This document shows, piece after piece, positions 35,055 through 48,350 of a stretch of DNA of 64,000 nt (within the stretch, counting starts at the first letter, position 1; each line of letters begins with the position of its first letter). Below the pieces are notes generated by a model. That model searched no databases. It was given only the letters and a program-made list of their open reading frames with translations, and was not told the DNA's origin. The position numbers and the translations under genes were made by a program. This stretch comes from Yuukianura sp. NJ FZ-2021 (lineage: Eukaryota): NCBI GenBank assembly GCA_046563655.1, contig CM102288.1:2666001-2730000 (forward strand), in the 5' to 3' direction.

Positions 35055-36674
35055 AATTCCATTTAAAAATCGAAAAATATTGTGGCAACCCAAACAAAAA
35101 AAGAGCAAAACATTTTTTTCTGCCCTCCTTATTATAATAATGCCGCAGCCGCCACCACGCCTCCTCCGTTTGTCAAACCAAAAATGAAGAAATTAAACAT
35201 TTCGAGAGTTTCTGTTCGCTTTTTAAAACAAGCTCGAGTTTTTGTTCTTTATTTCAATTTTAAACTTAAACTTTTGTTTAACAAAAATCAAAACTTCCAA
35301 GCTGTCCTACTGTCCGCGTTGGTTCACGCTTCTCAATTCCACGTAAGCTCCTGTTTTGTTTTTCGAAAATGTTTGCATTTGACTTCCTTTTTTTTTCAAA
35401 ATTTTGGGTGTGTGTAACATTTTTTTTTCATTGTAGGTCTTGGCTCGCTTTGCTTAAAGCTTACAGGAAGAAGTGGATTTGTCTACAAGCGTCTTCAGTT
35501 TCTACAGATACGAAAATTGTCTAAATGGAGGATGCGCCCTTGTGAACTGTTATCATCACAAGTCCAGTTCCAGCATCCAAGAGTACAACTTAGCAGCATC
35601 CCTGGTTGGACTTATCACAACGTCAACCGCAAGTGACCCATGTCAACAAAACCAACGGCATCACCAAAATAACGTTACACAAGTCACTCCAACAACTTAA
35701 TCTGCCTCTTACTACCGTAAGGCCGAAGTTTTTCAAGATGGATTTCGCAACAGGGAAACCAGAGGCGTCTCTTAGTACAGCCACTCAACCCTCGCTGACC
35801 TGTTGACCTCCATTGCTTCAGCAGAGGTCAACAAGGTCAGCTCACTCAATTATAATAACAAATCCAACGATCTTTTTCAAATTTTTAATTAGATTTAACT
35901 TAATTTCTATTTTTGTAGTATTTCTTCAGATTACTGCCATTACGAGTGCTGCGATGGAGGATACGAATGATTAGAATAGAGCTGAAATTTTTTTGAAATT
36001 GAAATGAAAAGGAAGTGGAAGAGACGAAAGTGGATGATAAGAGTCTATCATCAAAGTTCATCTCCGAAGAGGACTCTTCTACACTTCACAAATACTGAAA
36101 TTATTCTTACCCCTGAAAATCTTCACTTTAGAAAAAAAAACTGTTTCACAAACATCCCGAAAAACAAACGTTAATTTTTACACCCCCTCCCTCTTTTTGA
36201 AAAATGGATTTGAAATGTTCTGGAACAGAACTTTCCAGGGTTCAAAGATACTCCAGAAAGTTCAAACCCAAGTTTATCAAACATCTTCCTCCCTCATCGC
36301 ATTTACACACTCAAATCTTAAATATACATTTCAACACAGTACAAATCAACAAATCTTTAGTAACACTGTGCCTTGTTTCACTTATTTCGAAATATTTTGA
36401 CGAGAAACTTTTAACAAGAATAAATCTAGGAAGGATAAGAATCAAAATCAAAGTTAAATCAAAAATACTATTTTAAATTCGACAAAAAAAGTTTAGGAAG
36501 AAACTGAGAATTGCGGAGAATCGAGAATCTGATTGAATTTGTACAAAATTAGTATTTGTGGACATTCAACTTGTTTGAATGGCGAAGACGCCGACATTAA
36601 ACCGGACACAAAAATTTCACAACCGGATTGTTTTGTCATGGTGGTCGTGCTGATATGTTTTCTTACAATATCGG

Positions 36675-39600
36675 TTAATCTCCAAATCCATTGACGAAAA
36701 CTAGCAAATCCTGAATTTGCAAAGTTCCTTGTGAACTTTCGTCACTTTTAACAACTTGAAGTTCAAAAGTAACCAAAAAGTAGAAAACGTAGTACTGAAA
36801 AGCATAAAAGAAAATGGCTCCTTCGTAGTTATGTTCCTGAAGACGCATTAGAAGAAATGTGATAAATCTCGGAAGAATCCTGTTTTGTTGTACGATCAGA
36901 AAAGCTTTTCTCCCCTCCTCAAACTTGTATTTTCTCCCTTGTTTAATTAATAATCCACCAGTGTCATCTTCAACATTTCTAATGGTCAGAAACGTATCCA
37001 ACATGAAGTTGAAGTCAAGAGGGGACCAGATTAGCCAGTTTTCTTGTTCTGACGGATCGGATCACCAATGGTCCATGATGTGTCTCTCTCGTCCAATATA
37101 AGTAAGAAACAGTGACAACAATTACTACTACCTCGCTTTAACGATTACACAACAATTGAATTCTGGCTCTTCACATTTGAAAAAGATGAGAAGGATCTTA
37201 CATTTCAGGGACCATTGAGCTCAACTGGCTGCAGGAAGTTTTTCAAACATTAGGAATTCAAGTCTCGAACAACCACGATTTGGTTGTTCACTAGCTCTGT
37301 TCGATGGTAGAAGCTTCTGCAACAGCCTCCTCCGTTGGTGACAAGAGTTCCACGTGGTTTTATGTTTAGAAGACAACCAAGTTTTAGAATGCTCTTTTTC
37401 TGCAAGGAACAAAAAACCGGATTCACTGGTTTTAATTTTTGAAATTAAAGGAATCTTTTCTTTTTTGCATTTTCCTTACCTTTTCAAAAATGCTGCAGAA
37501 TTTATGAACTTTGGTATGTCGAGGTAATAGCATCAGCATCTTCTCTGTTCAGAATGCGAGATGATGATGACCTAAGGGCTCCCTTTTGTCATTTTTAGGA
37601 CTTTGACCCTTCAAGGGCCCCCAAAGTCCAAACTCCTGTGTCCTTAAGTCATTATCTCCAAACAGTTTCCAATTTTCTCAGCTGAATAAGTATTTTGTCA
37701 TAATCTTCTTCCAGACTTTGCTCTTCTGTTGCTGGATGGGAGAGATCCAAAAATGAAAATGGCGATAGAGCCATGACATATTCTATGATCCCAGATTAAC
37801 GATGAACACTCCTTGCCATGTTGTCTAATCTCTTTTGGCCATTTCAAAATTTCCAAAGTTCGACTTATAGGTCAACTGTTCAGGATCTGGTCCAGCAGAA
37901 GCGTCACTTCTCCAACGGCCACCGCGTCTCCAGTCTCCATGTTAGCGTCACATGAACAGAAATCATAAACCTAAATCGAAAAGATAGACGTTATATGAAT
38001 GGAGATTGACTAAGTTAATTAAAATGTTCAAAGCTTCCGATTTGAATGTCGGTTAATTAAGTGAGCTCAATAACAGAGTTTTTGCAAACCAGTTTGTGGT
38101 TGATGCATTTTTCGGATTGTGTGATCCAATTCCATCAGATCTTGCCAATCTTCGTGATAAGTTAGCCTTAACATGGTATGATCTTAGGGTGCGTAACATT
38201 CCTTTGATGCTTGATCAATTACTTGAGTTTCTCATGTCTGCATGTTGTCGTAGAGAACAGCATTTCCATCCAGGATCCTGAAATACTTGCCAAATGAAAT
38301 GAGTCTTCGTGGGAGAAAAGCAAAAAACGTGCTTTCTCGGATCCGAAATAAAAAGATACACAAAAAAAAGTTCAAAAATAGCAACAGAAACATTAGAAAA
38401 CAAAGAACGTTTTAAAAGCAAATAGTAATGCCAATAACCTTTTGATTCTTCCGCGCTCTGTCTAATGTGCTAAATCATTTGTCAAAGCAAACATTTTCCA
38501 ATTTACGGCAAGAATTGCCGATTTTTCAAACTAAAAGTTAATGTTTGTAGTTGCTCTGCTATTGAGTTTTTAGATAAAATTTTAATTTCGAGAAATTAAG
38601 ACTGATCTTGGCATTGAAAGGAAAGAAATTAAAACATGTAACGTTAAGTTTCAAGTTCTGCATCGGTAGCAAGCAGTTCTTATCATTATCGTTAACTTCC
38701 AACCATCCGTAAATCCAAAACTGTATGAAGAGCAATGAGCGTAGTGTACTAAATGTTCAACTGGTTAGTGTAGTAAAGTAACGTTTACAGTTAAAAGTAA
38801 TTACGCAATTTTAGTTCTGCTGCGAAATTCCGCTGACGCTGCATTCCAAATCCTCCCTTCCCTTTGCAATTCTTGCAAATTAATAAATACGAACTGCAAA
38901 AGACGCAAATTGAGAAAGATAAGGAAAGTAAAGTTCAGATTTCAGCAATCAATTTCTCTAGAACCTTCGTCACAGCGCCACCACCATGGCGTCAATGCTG
39001 TTACAGTCATGCAGGACGTACCTTAACTTGCTTTGTCTCCTTTATCCAACGTCACAGCAATCGTTGGTCCAACGGTAAACCGATTTTGCGTCGTTCTTGG
39101 CTACAACAATAAGCGCGGCTATTCCAAGCAAAGTAATCGCGGAGTTTTGGAGAACTAAGGACATCATTACCTGACAGTATTAGAAACGGACTGAAGCCGA
39201 ACGGGGTCTAATGCTGCCCGGTAAGATGGACTTGAGCTCCTTGACCTTGCATCTTGGAACAACTTGGCGCTGGATAGTGAGTAGTGACTAGGTCAAATCC
39301 TCCTCCTGGTATGAACTAAAAGATGACACAGTTAGAGTCCTAGGATACTTGGAGTCCAAAAGTAGTACCTTGGATGCAAGGGTGTCCGTTCCAGTTGAGA
39401 TCTGACACAGGACTGAGAATGCTTGGTGGTCGGCCTGGTGTGGCTGTTCTGTGTGCCTCCTTTCCAATTCATTCCCTCCTCAATGGAAATGCAAATGAAA
39501 TGGTTTCAGTCAACTCTTCTTCTGGACTCTGCCAAACCAACAACAAGTTGCAAAGGCAAGGGAGCCATGTCCATGGCCATGCTGAATCTTGACACAGAGT

Positions 39601-40107
39601 CCAACGACTGTCGGAGAGTCCTCCCAACCGAACTCAATGCCTACGCCAACCAACCTAAATAAACCCACAACTTCAACTCGGCTAATAAATTCGGAGAAGT
39701 TGAGAAATTAACTTTAACAAATTGAACTCACAGTAACTTCAATCCGACTTACTAGCATGATATGTTTCGAAGCAACGCGGGAACGAGCTTAACTGGATAC
39801 TCGTGTCTCTAAAGCAAGCATTTGAGGTCGCACAGGTAAATATTCAAATGTTGTCGCAGTTGAAGTTCGGGCAGCACTGAAAAAATGTAAGTCCATCGGT
39901 TATCAATTCTGCACGTCCATTGCCGCTAGTTGTGAAATTCAATCGTAGAAACGCAAACCCAACCTAAAAGAAAACGAAATGAAACGAAATACTGACAAAC
40001 TACTAACGATTAATTGAGTGAGTACCTCACCTGATGTCCAATCCAGCATCACCGTCACCAACTTCACACGATGTTTTGTCCATGATGAGGAAGAATGATG
40101 AGGGCAT
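36675..40107 (-). pseudogene. Multi-exon minus-strand locus with canonical splice sites but no continuous ORF: decayed gene or spliced lncRNA
   Basis: Exon-like blocks with AG/GT ends at about 40107-40031, 39963-39731, 39654-39368, 39315-39171, 39100-39022, 38278-38000, 37970-37650 and 37100-36675. Protein-like fragments (e.g. MLRLTYHEDWQDLMELDHTIRKMHQPQ, EEQSLEEDYDKILIQLRKLE) are interrupted by stops in every frame tried. Confidence 0.4.
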
Positions 40108-43100
40108 GACATGACAAGATGACAAACGACAAAAAGAGACGAAGGACGTTAAAATAGACCGCATGGGAAAATACGTCGAAAGTAATGCCGAGTTGCGACA
40201 CTAGTCCGCGTGCCTGCGTTGACTTACGTTTCAGTTGCGTCACTCTTGCGATGGTTTACGTTTACTTTTGTAATGGCAATTATCAACGCACGACAGTCAG
40301 AATGGTACAAAAATATGCGTGCGCAGGCCCAACTCCTCCCCTTTTCCCTCCAACAAAGTACGACGCTTTTTTCTATGGCGGGTTATTTGAAAATTTGAAT
40401 TTTTACCGCCACTGAAAATTGAAATTGGAAAAGTAGCTTCTTTTAGCGTCACTTCCTTATAGAGATGACTTTTGTAACCGGTCAATGGCCCACAAATTTA
40501 AAACTTTTGTTCCACCAAAGTTAAAACTATGAAACTTCTTTTTATGTTTTATGAAATTGCTGTTGACCAAAGTTGAAAGTGAACAAAACCCTATTTTGTC
40601 CATAAGAAAAGTACAGAAGGGTTTTCTTTTGAAGAGAAAGGGTTAAGAAGTTACTAATTGTTACCATTTACACTTCCTAAGTAAGTTGAACGCCAGTCAC
40701 TTCAAAGAACCTCCACGCATTGACTTATGACTAATAATTACCACCGTTTCAACCACAACCAATAATCAAAAACAACGTTCCAACAAAATGCAACAACAAT
40801 CCAAGTTAAGAAAAAAGCTGCTCAATGCCCAATCCCTTCCCAAAATGAGTCAAAACAAAAGCTACCAGTGAGTCATGGACCTTCGCTATTTTCTTGTATA
40901 CCGAAAAGCTTTTCTGTCTACTGCGTGTGTTTTCTTTTTAAAATGTTTTAATTAATACTTTGTTAATTTTTTTGATTTTGAGAAAAAGCTAACGAAATTT
41001 TATTGAAAGCGAGAGAAACTATTTGTATCTGAAAGTTAGAGATTTTGGCGTTTTTTTCAGGTGGAAATTTTCCCTGGCGTTGAGTTCACTCTCATTATGA
41101 AAGTGGATGCGTTTGTAAAATAAATACATGAATTTTAATGGACAATCACGCGACACCAAAAAACGATTGATCCATATTTGACAATCATTTTTTGAATGAG
41201 CCAATTTTTATCAAATCATGTTTCAGAAGTTAAGTGGATCAATAAACACCCCAAAACTAACATTTACACTACGATAAACTGCCTAAAGTTAATTCAAACT
41301 CAGAAAGTATGAATTGATTTTGAATTTTACAACTTTAAAACTGCCAAAACCTCTCTTGGGAAAAGTATTGCTTTGAAAATGTTAGTCTTTGTTCGTGTTA
41401 ATTTTAAGTTTGCAATCTAGATGAGTTGATATAGAACATGCAGAGTGGAGGATGATAGGGTTGAATTGATTGGTAAATTGTATCCAATTGCTCAATTCCC
41501 TGCTGCTGCTACTGGATAATGAAAGCATAAGATGTCATTATGGAACCAGATTAGAAGTGTTGGGGATGGAAACACTTGTGGTCCTATTCAGAGACAACAG
41601 AGAGAGGCTTTAGGTTAGGATAACTAACCTAAAATACAGAATAAACAGACATCCAACTACACTTAACTAAATAACTATAAGGTTAAGTAGAGCTAAAACG
41701 CTTATCTCCACTCCAACTTCCAGTCACCAGAATAACCTAACGACAAAAACTTACTTTTACAACACCAACTTTCTACAATTCCAGGCTCATCTTTTATGTC
41801 GTAGCTAATTTAGTAGGAAATGAACAAGTGAAGGGCAGCTCTTTAAGTATTTTCTTAGGAAATGTCATTTTGGTCAAAAGTTAGTCTCTAACCTTAAAAT
41901 TACAAAAATTCATGTTAAATTTTGTCTTTCTTAGAAATTGTTAGAATGTTAAAAAGCAGTAGGCAAAACAAATTTTGAAGTAGGATTTTTGAAAAAGGTC
42001 ATATTGAGGTAGCAAACTTTTTGTTTCTTTAGAATTTTCAGAAACATGACTCAGAAAAGACAGTTTTAGATTTTAAATCTTTTCTCTTCATTTTTTTTTT
42101 CAAAAGAAAGTCGGCTACAGAAAATGAACCGTCCCATGATAACCCTTTGACCTCTGGTTTGCCTTCTGCTTAATATTTTTGGAACCCTTACTTTTAAAAC
42201 AAGAGGCCCTTAAGTCCTCCCGTCGATGACTCAGCAGCCCCCTTTCTTAGGACGAAATGAATACAAATTTTAAAGGATTGAAAATAAAAAAGGATTCCGT
42301 TTTGTTTTATTTAAAAAAAATCCAAAATTTTGTATTTAATTTTGGGAATTCAGAATTACTAATTCTTTACATGCTAAAAAGAAATGGAAAGACGCCACGT
42401 AAAAACAATCGTTTGAAGATTTTGTGGAATCAGAAGATGAACAAAGTTGTTTATATTCCTGGTGTTCATGCTTGATATCCTGAAATACGCAGGTCACAAG
42501 GTCAACTTTTCTAACATACCGTTGTAATCGTTTTCGCTACTTTATTGTACCTGATTCTTAACTGTCTCATTTTGGAGGCATCATCTGAAAAGATGAGTTT
42601 GTGACACGGCAACGACATAAAGTTTCCACAGGCTCTAGAAGATGAAGTTTGAAGTGGAGCAGGGGGTTCTTCTAATCTTAAGTTTATGACTCTCACTTTT
42701 TCAAATTAAGAACTACAAACCATCATCCTGTGTCTATTACAAATGTAGACAGAATTTCAAACTGATAAATACACTACCATCTTGTTTTTCCAAATTAAAG
42801 TGTACCTTCAAGCTCCAAAAAAATAAGTTTGGTTGTCAAAATTTTTGACCTTAACGGAACACAGGTCATGCCTTTCTACTTTGCATCTTAAAAAATCTAG
42901 ACAGCTTAGTTTTTTTCAAATGAATCATAATTTTTAGACTGAACTGTGCACTCTCTAGCTTTTCTGTTCATCTAGAAAGTTTTTAGTGAAAGTAAAAGTT
43001 TGAGTTATCGTCTCACCTTAGGAAAGCGTTCAAGATTTTCAGTTTTTCTGTTTTCTGCGTAATCGATCCAGAGTTGTTGTGCATAGTCCAGTTTTGAATA

Positions 43101-46100
43101 AAGTTTTGGGCGTTAGAGAAAGTGACTTTCTCCGTCCCCCTTAAGCTTATGTTCTGCACTAAGATTTTGGGAAATGATAAGGTGAAAGCACACTTTTAAC
43201 AAAGTCCGAAACTCCTAAGAGTCAAAACAGGGTGAAACGAATGCGTTGCATGCAAATATTTTTATTGAAGGGTCCACTACTGCTTATGGTTTTATGCTCC
43301 TTGTGTCGGTCGTCGAGAGTTCAACCTACGGGAATATTTTATTCTGCAATGAAAACTTTTCAACTTACTGCTCAGTTCCTGCTGCTCCTGAATCCAAAAC
43401 TTGATTCCAAATGTTTCACTTTTTTTTCTGAAATGGAAAAAAAGGTAAGGTTAAATGCCCTAATGCATCTCTCTTAATTTCCACCTCACTTCCAGTCAAA
43501 CCCAGTCTTCTTTAAAAGATTTAAAACCTGCTGCAACCGTATGCTTCAATATTTTTTCCTGGAATTTGGTAATCAATTGCCTTCATTCGTTATCACTTTA
43601 TAATAATTAAAGAAAAAGCTTTCGAAATTTTGAAGAATATTTGAATGTATAATCCTGTTACAACGGTTGCAAAACTTTAGAAAGTTTTCGAAGCCTACAT
43701 GAAGAAAAGCTGTAAATTCTTGTATGGTGTTTAAGTTAGTTTAATGCTGAACTTTTTAAAATATTTAGTTGTAAAAAATTGAGAAAAGTGGGAATAAAAT
43801 TTGAATTTGTGAAATTTTATGAAGCCTGGAATGAAGTTGTAATTAGTATGTCATAGAGGGGAGAATTGCTTCTAACGAAGGCGGGACTTCACCTTCCATC
43901 TGTTCCTCATTTGATACAACAAAAATAATCAACATAAAACCAGGGACGCATCTCTGCCAAATAAGTGAGAAAGATTATTTGCTATGAGCAAATAGTTCAA
44001 CACAATACGACCAACACTAATAAAAAATATAAGATGTAAATCTTCTTGAATAACAATAACCTTTTTTTGAAATCAAATAGTTCAAATCATTTAGAACTCG
44101 GAAGTTTAATGTCTTCAGTGCTTCTCAAGTCAGCTCAAGCAAAAGTCAAAAGTCAAAAATCAGCAAAAGTCAAACTCAGCTAAACTAGAACGGGAAGTTA
44201 GAAACAAAATCTAATAATTACAAGTTGCAATAAAATAAAGTCAATGAATTTATTTCGTTCGGTAATGTGATGCACTTGGTGTTGGTCAACTTGTGGTGAT
44301 CAAGTGTCCTAAGCTCGCCACATCTCTAAAAGCCGCATAGCCTCCTGTGAAGTTTGAAGGAAGGGAGATTCGAATCTACGGAAACTGGCCAGACCACTTT
44401 TATGAAATTTAATTCAGTTTGAAATCCGCCTCAACAAAACCCACCCCTCCATCTTATAATTATTCAAAAACAAAAAGTGAAAATAACTGTACGACTTTTT
44501 CAAAAAGTAATACGCTAGAAAGTTAGAAGGTGTTAGAAAGTTAAATGGCCTTTGAAAAAACAACAATATTTTGGCCAGTTTTAATTGCTCTCATGACTTA
44601 GAAAGCTACGGTTTTACGAAATTTTAGTCTAACCGCGACTGTTTAATTTTACTTAATCATTACATTGCTAATTTTCCTTTTCGTTCATGACTACAACGTC
44701 TCCAATTTCCGACTGTTTTTGTCTAGTAGTTTCAAATTACCGTTCCATTTAGTTTTAACCTAGCAATTTCCAATTTTTATTGTTCAAAACCAAAGAGTAA
44801 TGGCACAGTTTTAGGTTTTTTTCTCAAAACAAGTCATAACGAATACAGAACACCGAAATAATCATAAAGTTTTGGTTAGCGTAACAAGTTCAGCAGAAAA
44901 GCAGTTTGAGCGAACCCAACCGCCGCACGAAAAAATCTCACAATTTTTCTTCCCACAACACGCAAGAGATGGCCTCCTTGAAAAGCTAAATTCTGTGTGG
45001 CGTTGGCGTTTGTATGATTTGAAAATTTAAAATTTCATAGCGACTTATCTTTTTAACATAAATCAGTTCAACATTAATATTTTTATTACATAGTGGACAA
45101 AATTATTATTGAACTGAACTAACAAACTGAAATTTTGAAACAACTTTAATTCCGTCGACTATTTCCAGGATACTAAGCTCACTTTAGCAAGTAACTCCAG
45201 TTTTGTTTACATGCTTGAGGCATAAGCTGTATTTTAACGTTGGATTTTGATTTTCAAATTTTTTTTCTTGCAAAATTATTGTTGTTTGACAGACTTTTAT
45301 AACCCATTTTAATGTGCTGAATGAGTTGACACTAATTCACACTTCAGGAAATGAATCTATGACACCCATCTAGTACTGATATTGGTTCGAAGTCTTCAGA
45401 ATCAATTCCATCTCAATCCTGTTTCACCCAATTTTTTTGTCTCAATCACAAAAAATTCTAAACCCACTTAAACCGACTTACACCCTGAAACTGTGTGAAT
45501 TAAACTCATTTTTTGTCTAATTAATTTCAATCACATCTCCTTTCTTCAACATTTTTTACACTCAAAATTCAGTCACCCAAAAACCACAACTACTTAAAAC
45601 CTATTCATATTCAAATCTTGAATTTCAAGCAACAACAAAGACTTAAAACTCTCTACTTCAACGTCTAAAGTTCAATTCAAAATTTCGGGAAACTGAAATT
45701 AACGTTTCCTTTTTCACAAAAATTGATTAACAGTAAGGAACAAAATCCTAAAAAAAAACCGCAACAGAAATTGAAATTTTCTTTTTAAAAGGTTTAGAAA
45801 ATGAGTGAAAGGAAAACTGAAATTAGAAACTGACCTAGAACAAAAGTCGAGCAGGCAAAAATGAATGGTTAGATTTGCATTTGAATTTTGATGAGACCAG
45901 TGAGCAAATGAGTCACTTCGAAATTTTAAGACAAGTTTTGTGTTTTGCATTTATGAGACCTTGCCAAAGTCTATGTTTTTTTTTCTGGTTGGACACTTTG
46001 CGGAAGTAGAGTACTACTCACAAAACCAAGAGAAGTGTCAATGTGATCCAGTTGCACAGTTTTCGTTGACATGCTCAACTGAAAATCTTGTTTCAAACCA

Positions 46101-48171
46101 GAATTTGCACCAAGTTTTTTGGAATACAAGAAACACAACTTCTGTTAGACTGAGACTGAATAATTAATTACACGGTTCTACATCCTCGATTTCTCTTTTC
46201 CCAAGTACCTTCTAATGTTTCAAAAAAGTGTTTAGTTAAAGTCGGTTTTAAAGGGCAAAACTTGAAAAACTTAATTTAAATTTTCCTCAATTTGTCAATT
46301 TTTTTTTCAAAAATTTGCCAAATAAAAAATAGTAGAAGTTTTTACAGTTATATGCTTCAAGACATAGTTGAATTTTCTGCTTTTGCGAGTTGCGTCACGT
46401 AGAACAATGAGTTTTTCTAAATAAGGCCCAGAAGCTTTTCAAAATTGTTCAAAATTTCGAAATCCTTTGTGTCCATATTGATTCTACTATAACTATATTT
46501 GTAGGTAGCAAAAAGGAGCGAATCTAAAGATTATTATTTGTTTTAATGTTCGTCACAGGGACTTGAGTGGGCTAATAATAGTGATTTGATTTGAGTAATT
46601 CTATTGACAAGGAGGAGTAGTAACGCGAGGGAGCAAAAGCATAAAGTAATCTAACCTAACTACTGGATGGGAACTAGGTCAAGTGACACCCTCTACTCGT
46701 GTCAAGTGTCATGCCCACTTACATTCAATGCAAAAATAGTACATTCACCCACTCCCACATCCAAAATTCGCAATTAGGAATTTGCAAATTGCAATTATCA
46801 AAGTAATCTCATGAATCAGCAAGGTCGTAAATCAACAGTCTCCAAATGAAGTATAAACAAAAGGGGGGCCATTGTGAGTGACTCTTATTTTGGCACATTC
46901 ATAAGCACATCTTTCACTCCTTTCAAGTGTCAACTTTATTTGAGATTGCCAATTTCAAAATTGCAATCTTGCCATATCTTGACCACCGCCCGAAAATAAA
47001 TTTCTGTGCATCATTGCAAAACTACCAAAATAAGTTGATCCGATACGCAGCTTGTGAGAAATTCAGTTTTTCGAAAAAAAATTCAAAATGGAAAAATTTT
47101 TTAAAAGCCTTGCACCACCAATTTTAAAATTCCAACAGCCATTGCAAAATTACACCCAAAAAATAAAGTTGAGGTCAACGTGCGTAAGCGCACGATTTGC
47201 GATTTGCGAATATGAAATGTTACTTTTTAGCAAGATATTTTTACAACTTGAGAAAATCGTGCAAAGTTCACAATTGTTGATTAAAGGGAGTAACTACAGC
47301 GTTTCTGAAGAAAAGACAAATGATGTATAAAGGCTCTCCCCCTCTTGATAGTACAAGAAGCACTTTGCTTTTGCTAATTTTTTTTTTGTAACAATGGCTC
47401 GAGTGAAAAGGGGGAATTTTGCTTGTTCGTGAAATGAAAAAAGTTCATCATTCATTCAGTACTTGTGTTGGAAAATTGCAAAGTATTGGCAGGATGCAAT
47501 TTATTAAAAGTCTCTCACAAAATCATTGTACTTTGGATATTATATATTATTAATTTCCACCTTCGTTTTTTTGCACTACTACTACCAAATCCAGTTCATA
47601 AATTTTGCTGAGCACAAGTAAGAAAATGGTTGGCCTCAACCTTGCAAAAAAAAATTTCGCAACATTGAAATCCTGTATGCTACCAAAGGAATTAACTCAT
47701 CCAAAACCTTCAATTTAAAGAATAACTTTTATTTTTTGGAAAGTATAGGCTTTTGTTGGTCTTGTGGCTAAAAATCACACTTTCACACTTTGCAATTCCA
47801 ATTCGCAAATTGCTGTTAATTTTAAATGTACTTTTAAACACAAAATTAAAACTTTTTAAATTCCTTTGGTTTGTTTTCCATGGCCTGAGAAAAATTTGTT
47901 TTGTTTGCCGTCTTCAAAGCACAAAAGAGTTTCAAATCATGTTTGATATCAATTTTTTGTGAACTTTTCTAAGCTTGGAACTTTTTTTTGAGTTGAAATT
48001 TTGGATTGTATTTTTTTTGGAGTTACAAATTATACAATAGACGCCAGGAGAGTCCACGCCCAGTTTGAGGTTGAATTGAGCATTGGAATTCTGCCTCTGC
48101 CCTGGGCAAGATCATCACAGAGATCCAAAGTGGGCTTGAATCTCATTTCATCCACCGGCCAACGGTTGAGG

Positions 48172-48350
48172 TAAGGCTAAAGTTACTTGGTGTAACCCCG
48201 GGAGCAAATTTTTACCATTTGTAACTTTCTTAGTCCCGTGTATAACCCCTTGAGCTCTACAAATCTGAGGCTGTAACCCTATTTTCAGCATCCCGGCGAT
48301 GGTGGTTACATGGTTGCAAAAGTGTAACTGTGCATTGGTGGTTACAATTT
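48172..48350. mobile_element. Degenerate relative of the 21.7-kb MITE-like element
   Basis: Starts TAA-GGCTAAA, identical to the reverse complement of the right end of 21657-21815, and carries the same TGTAACC / GGTGGTTACA motifs. Confidence 0.4.
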
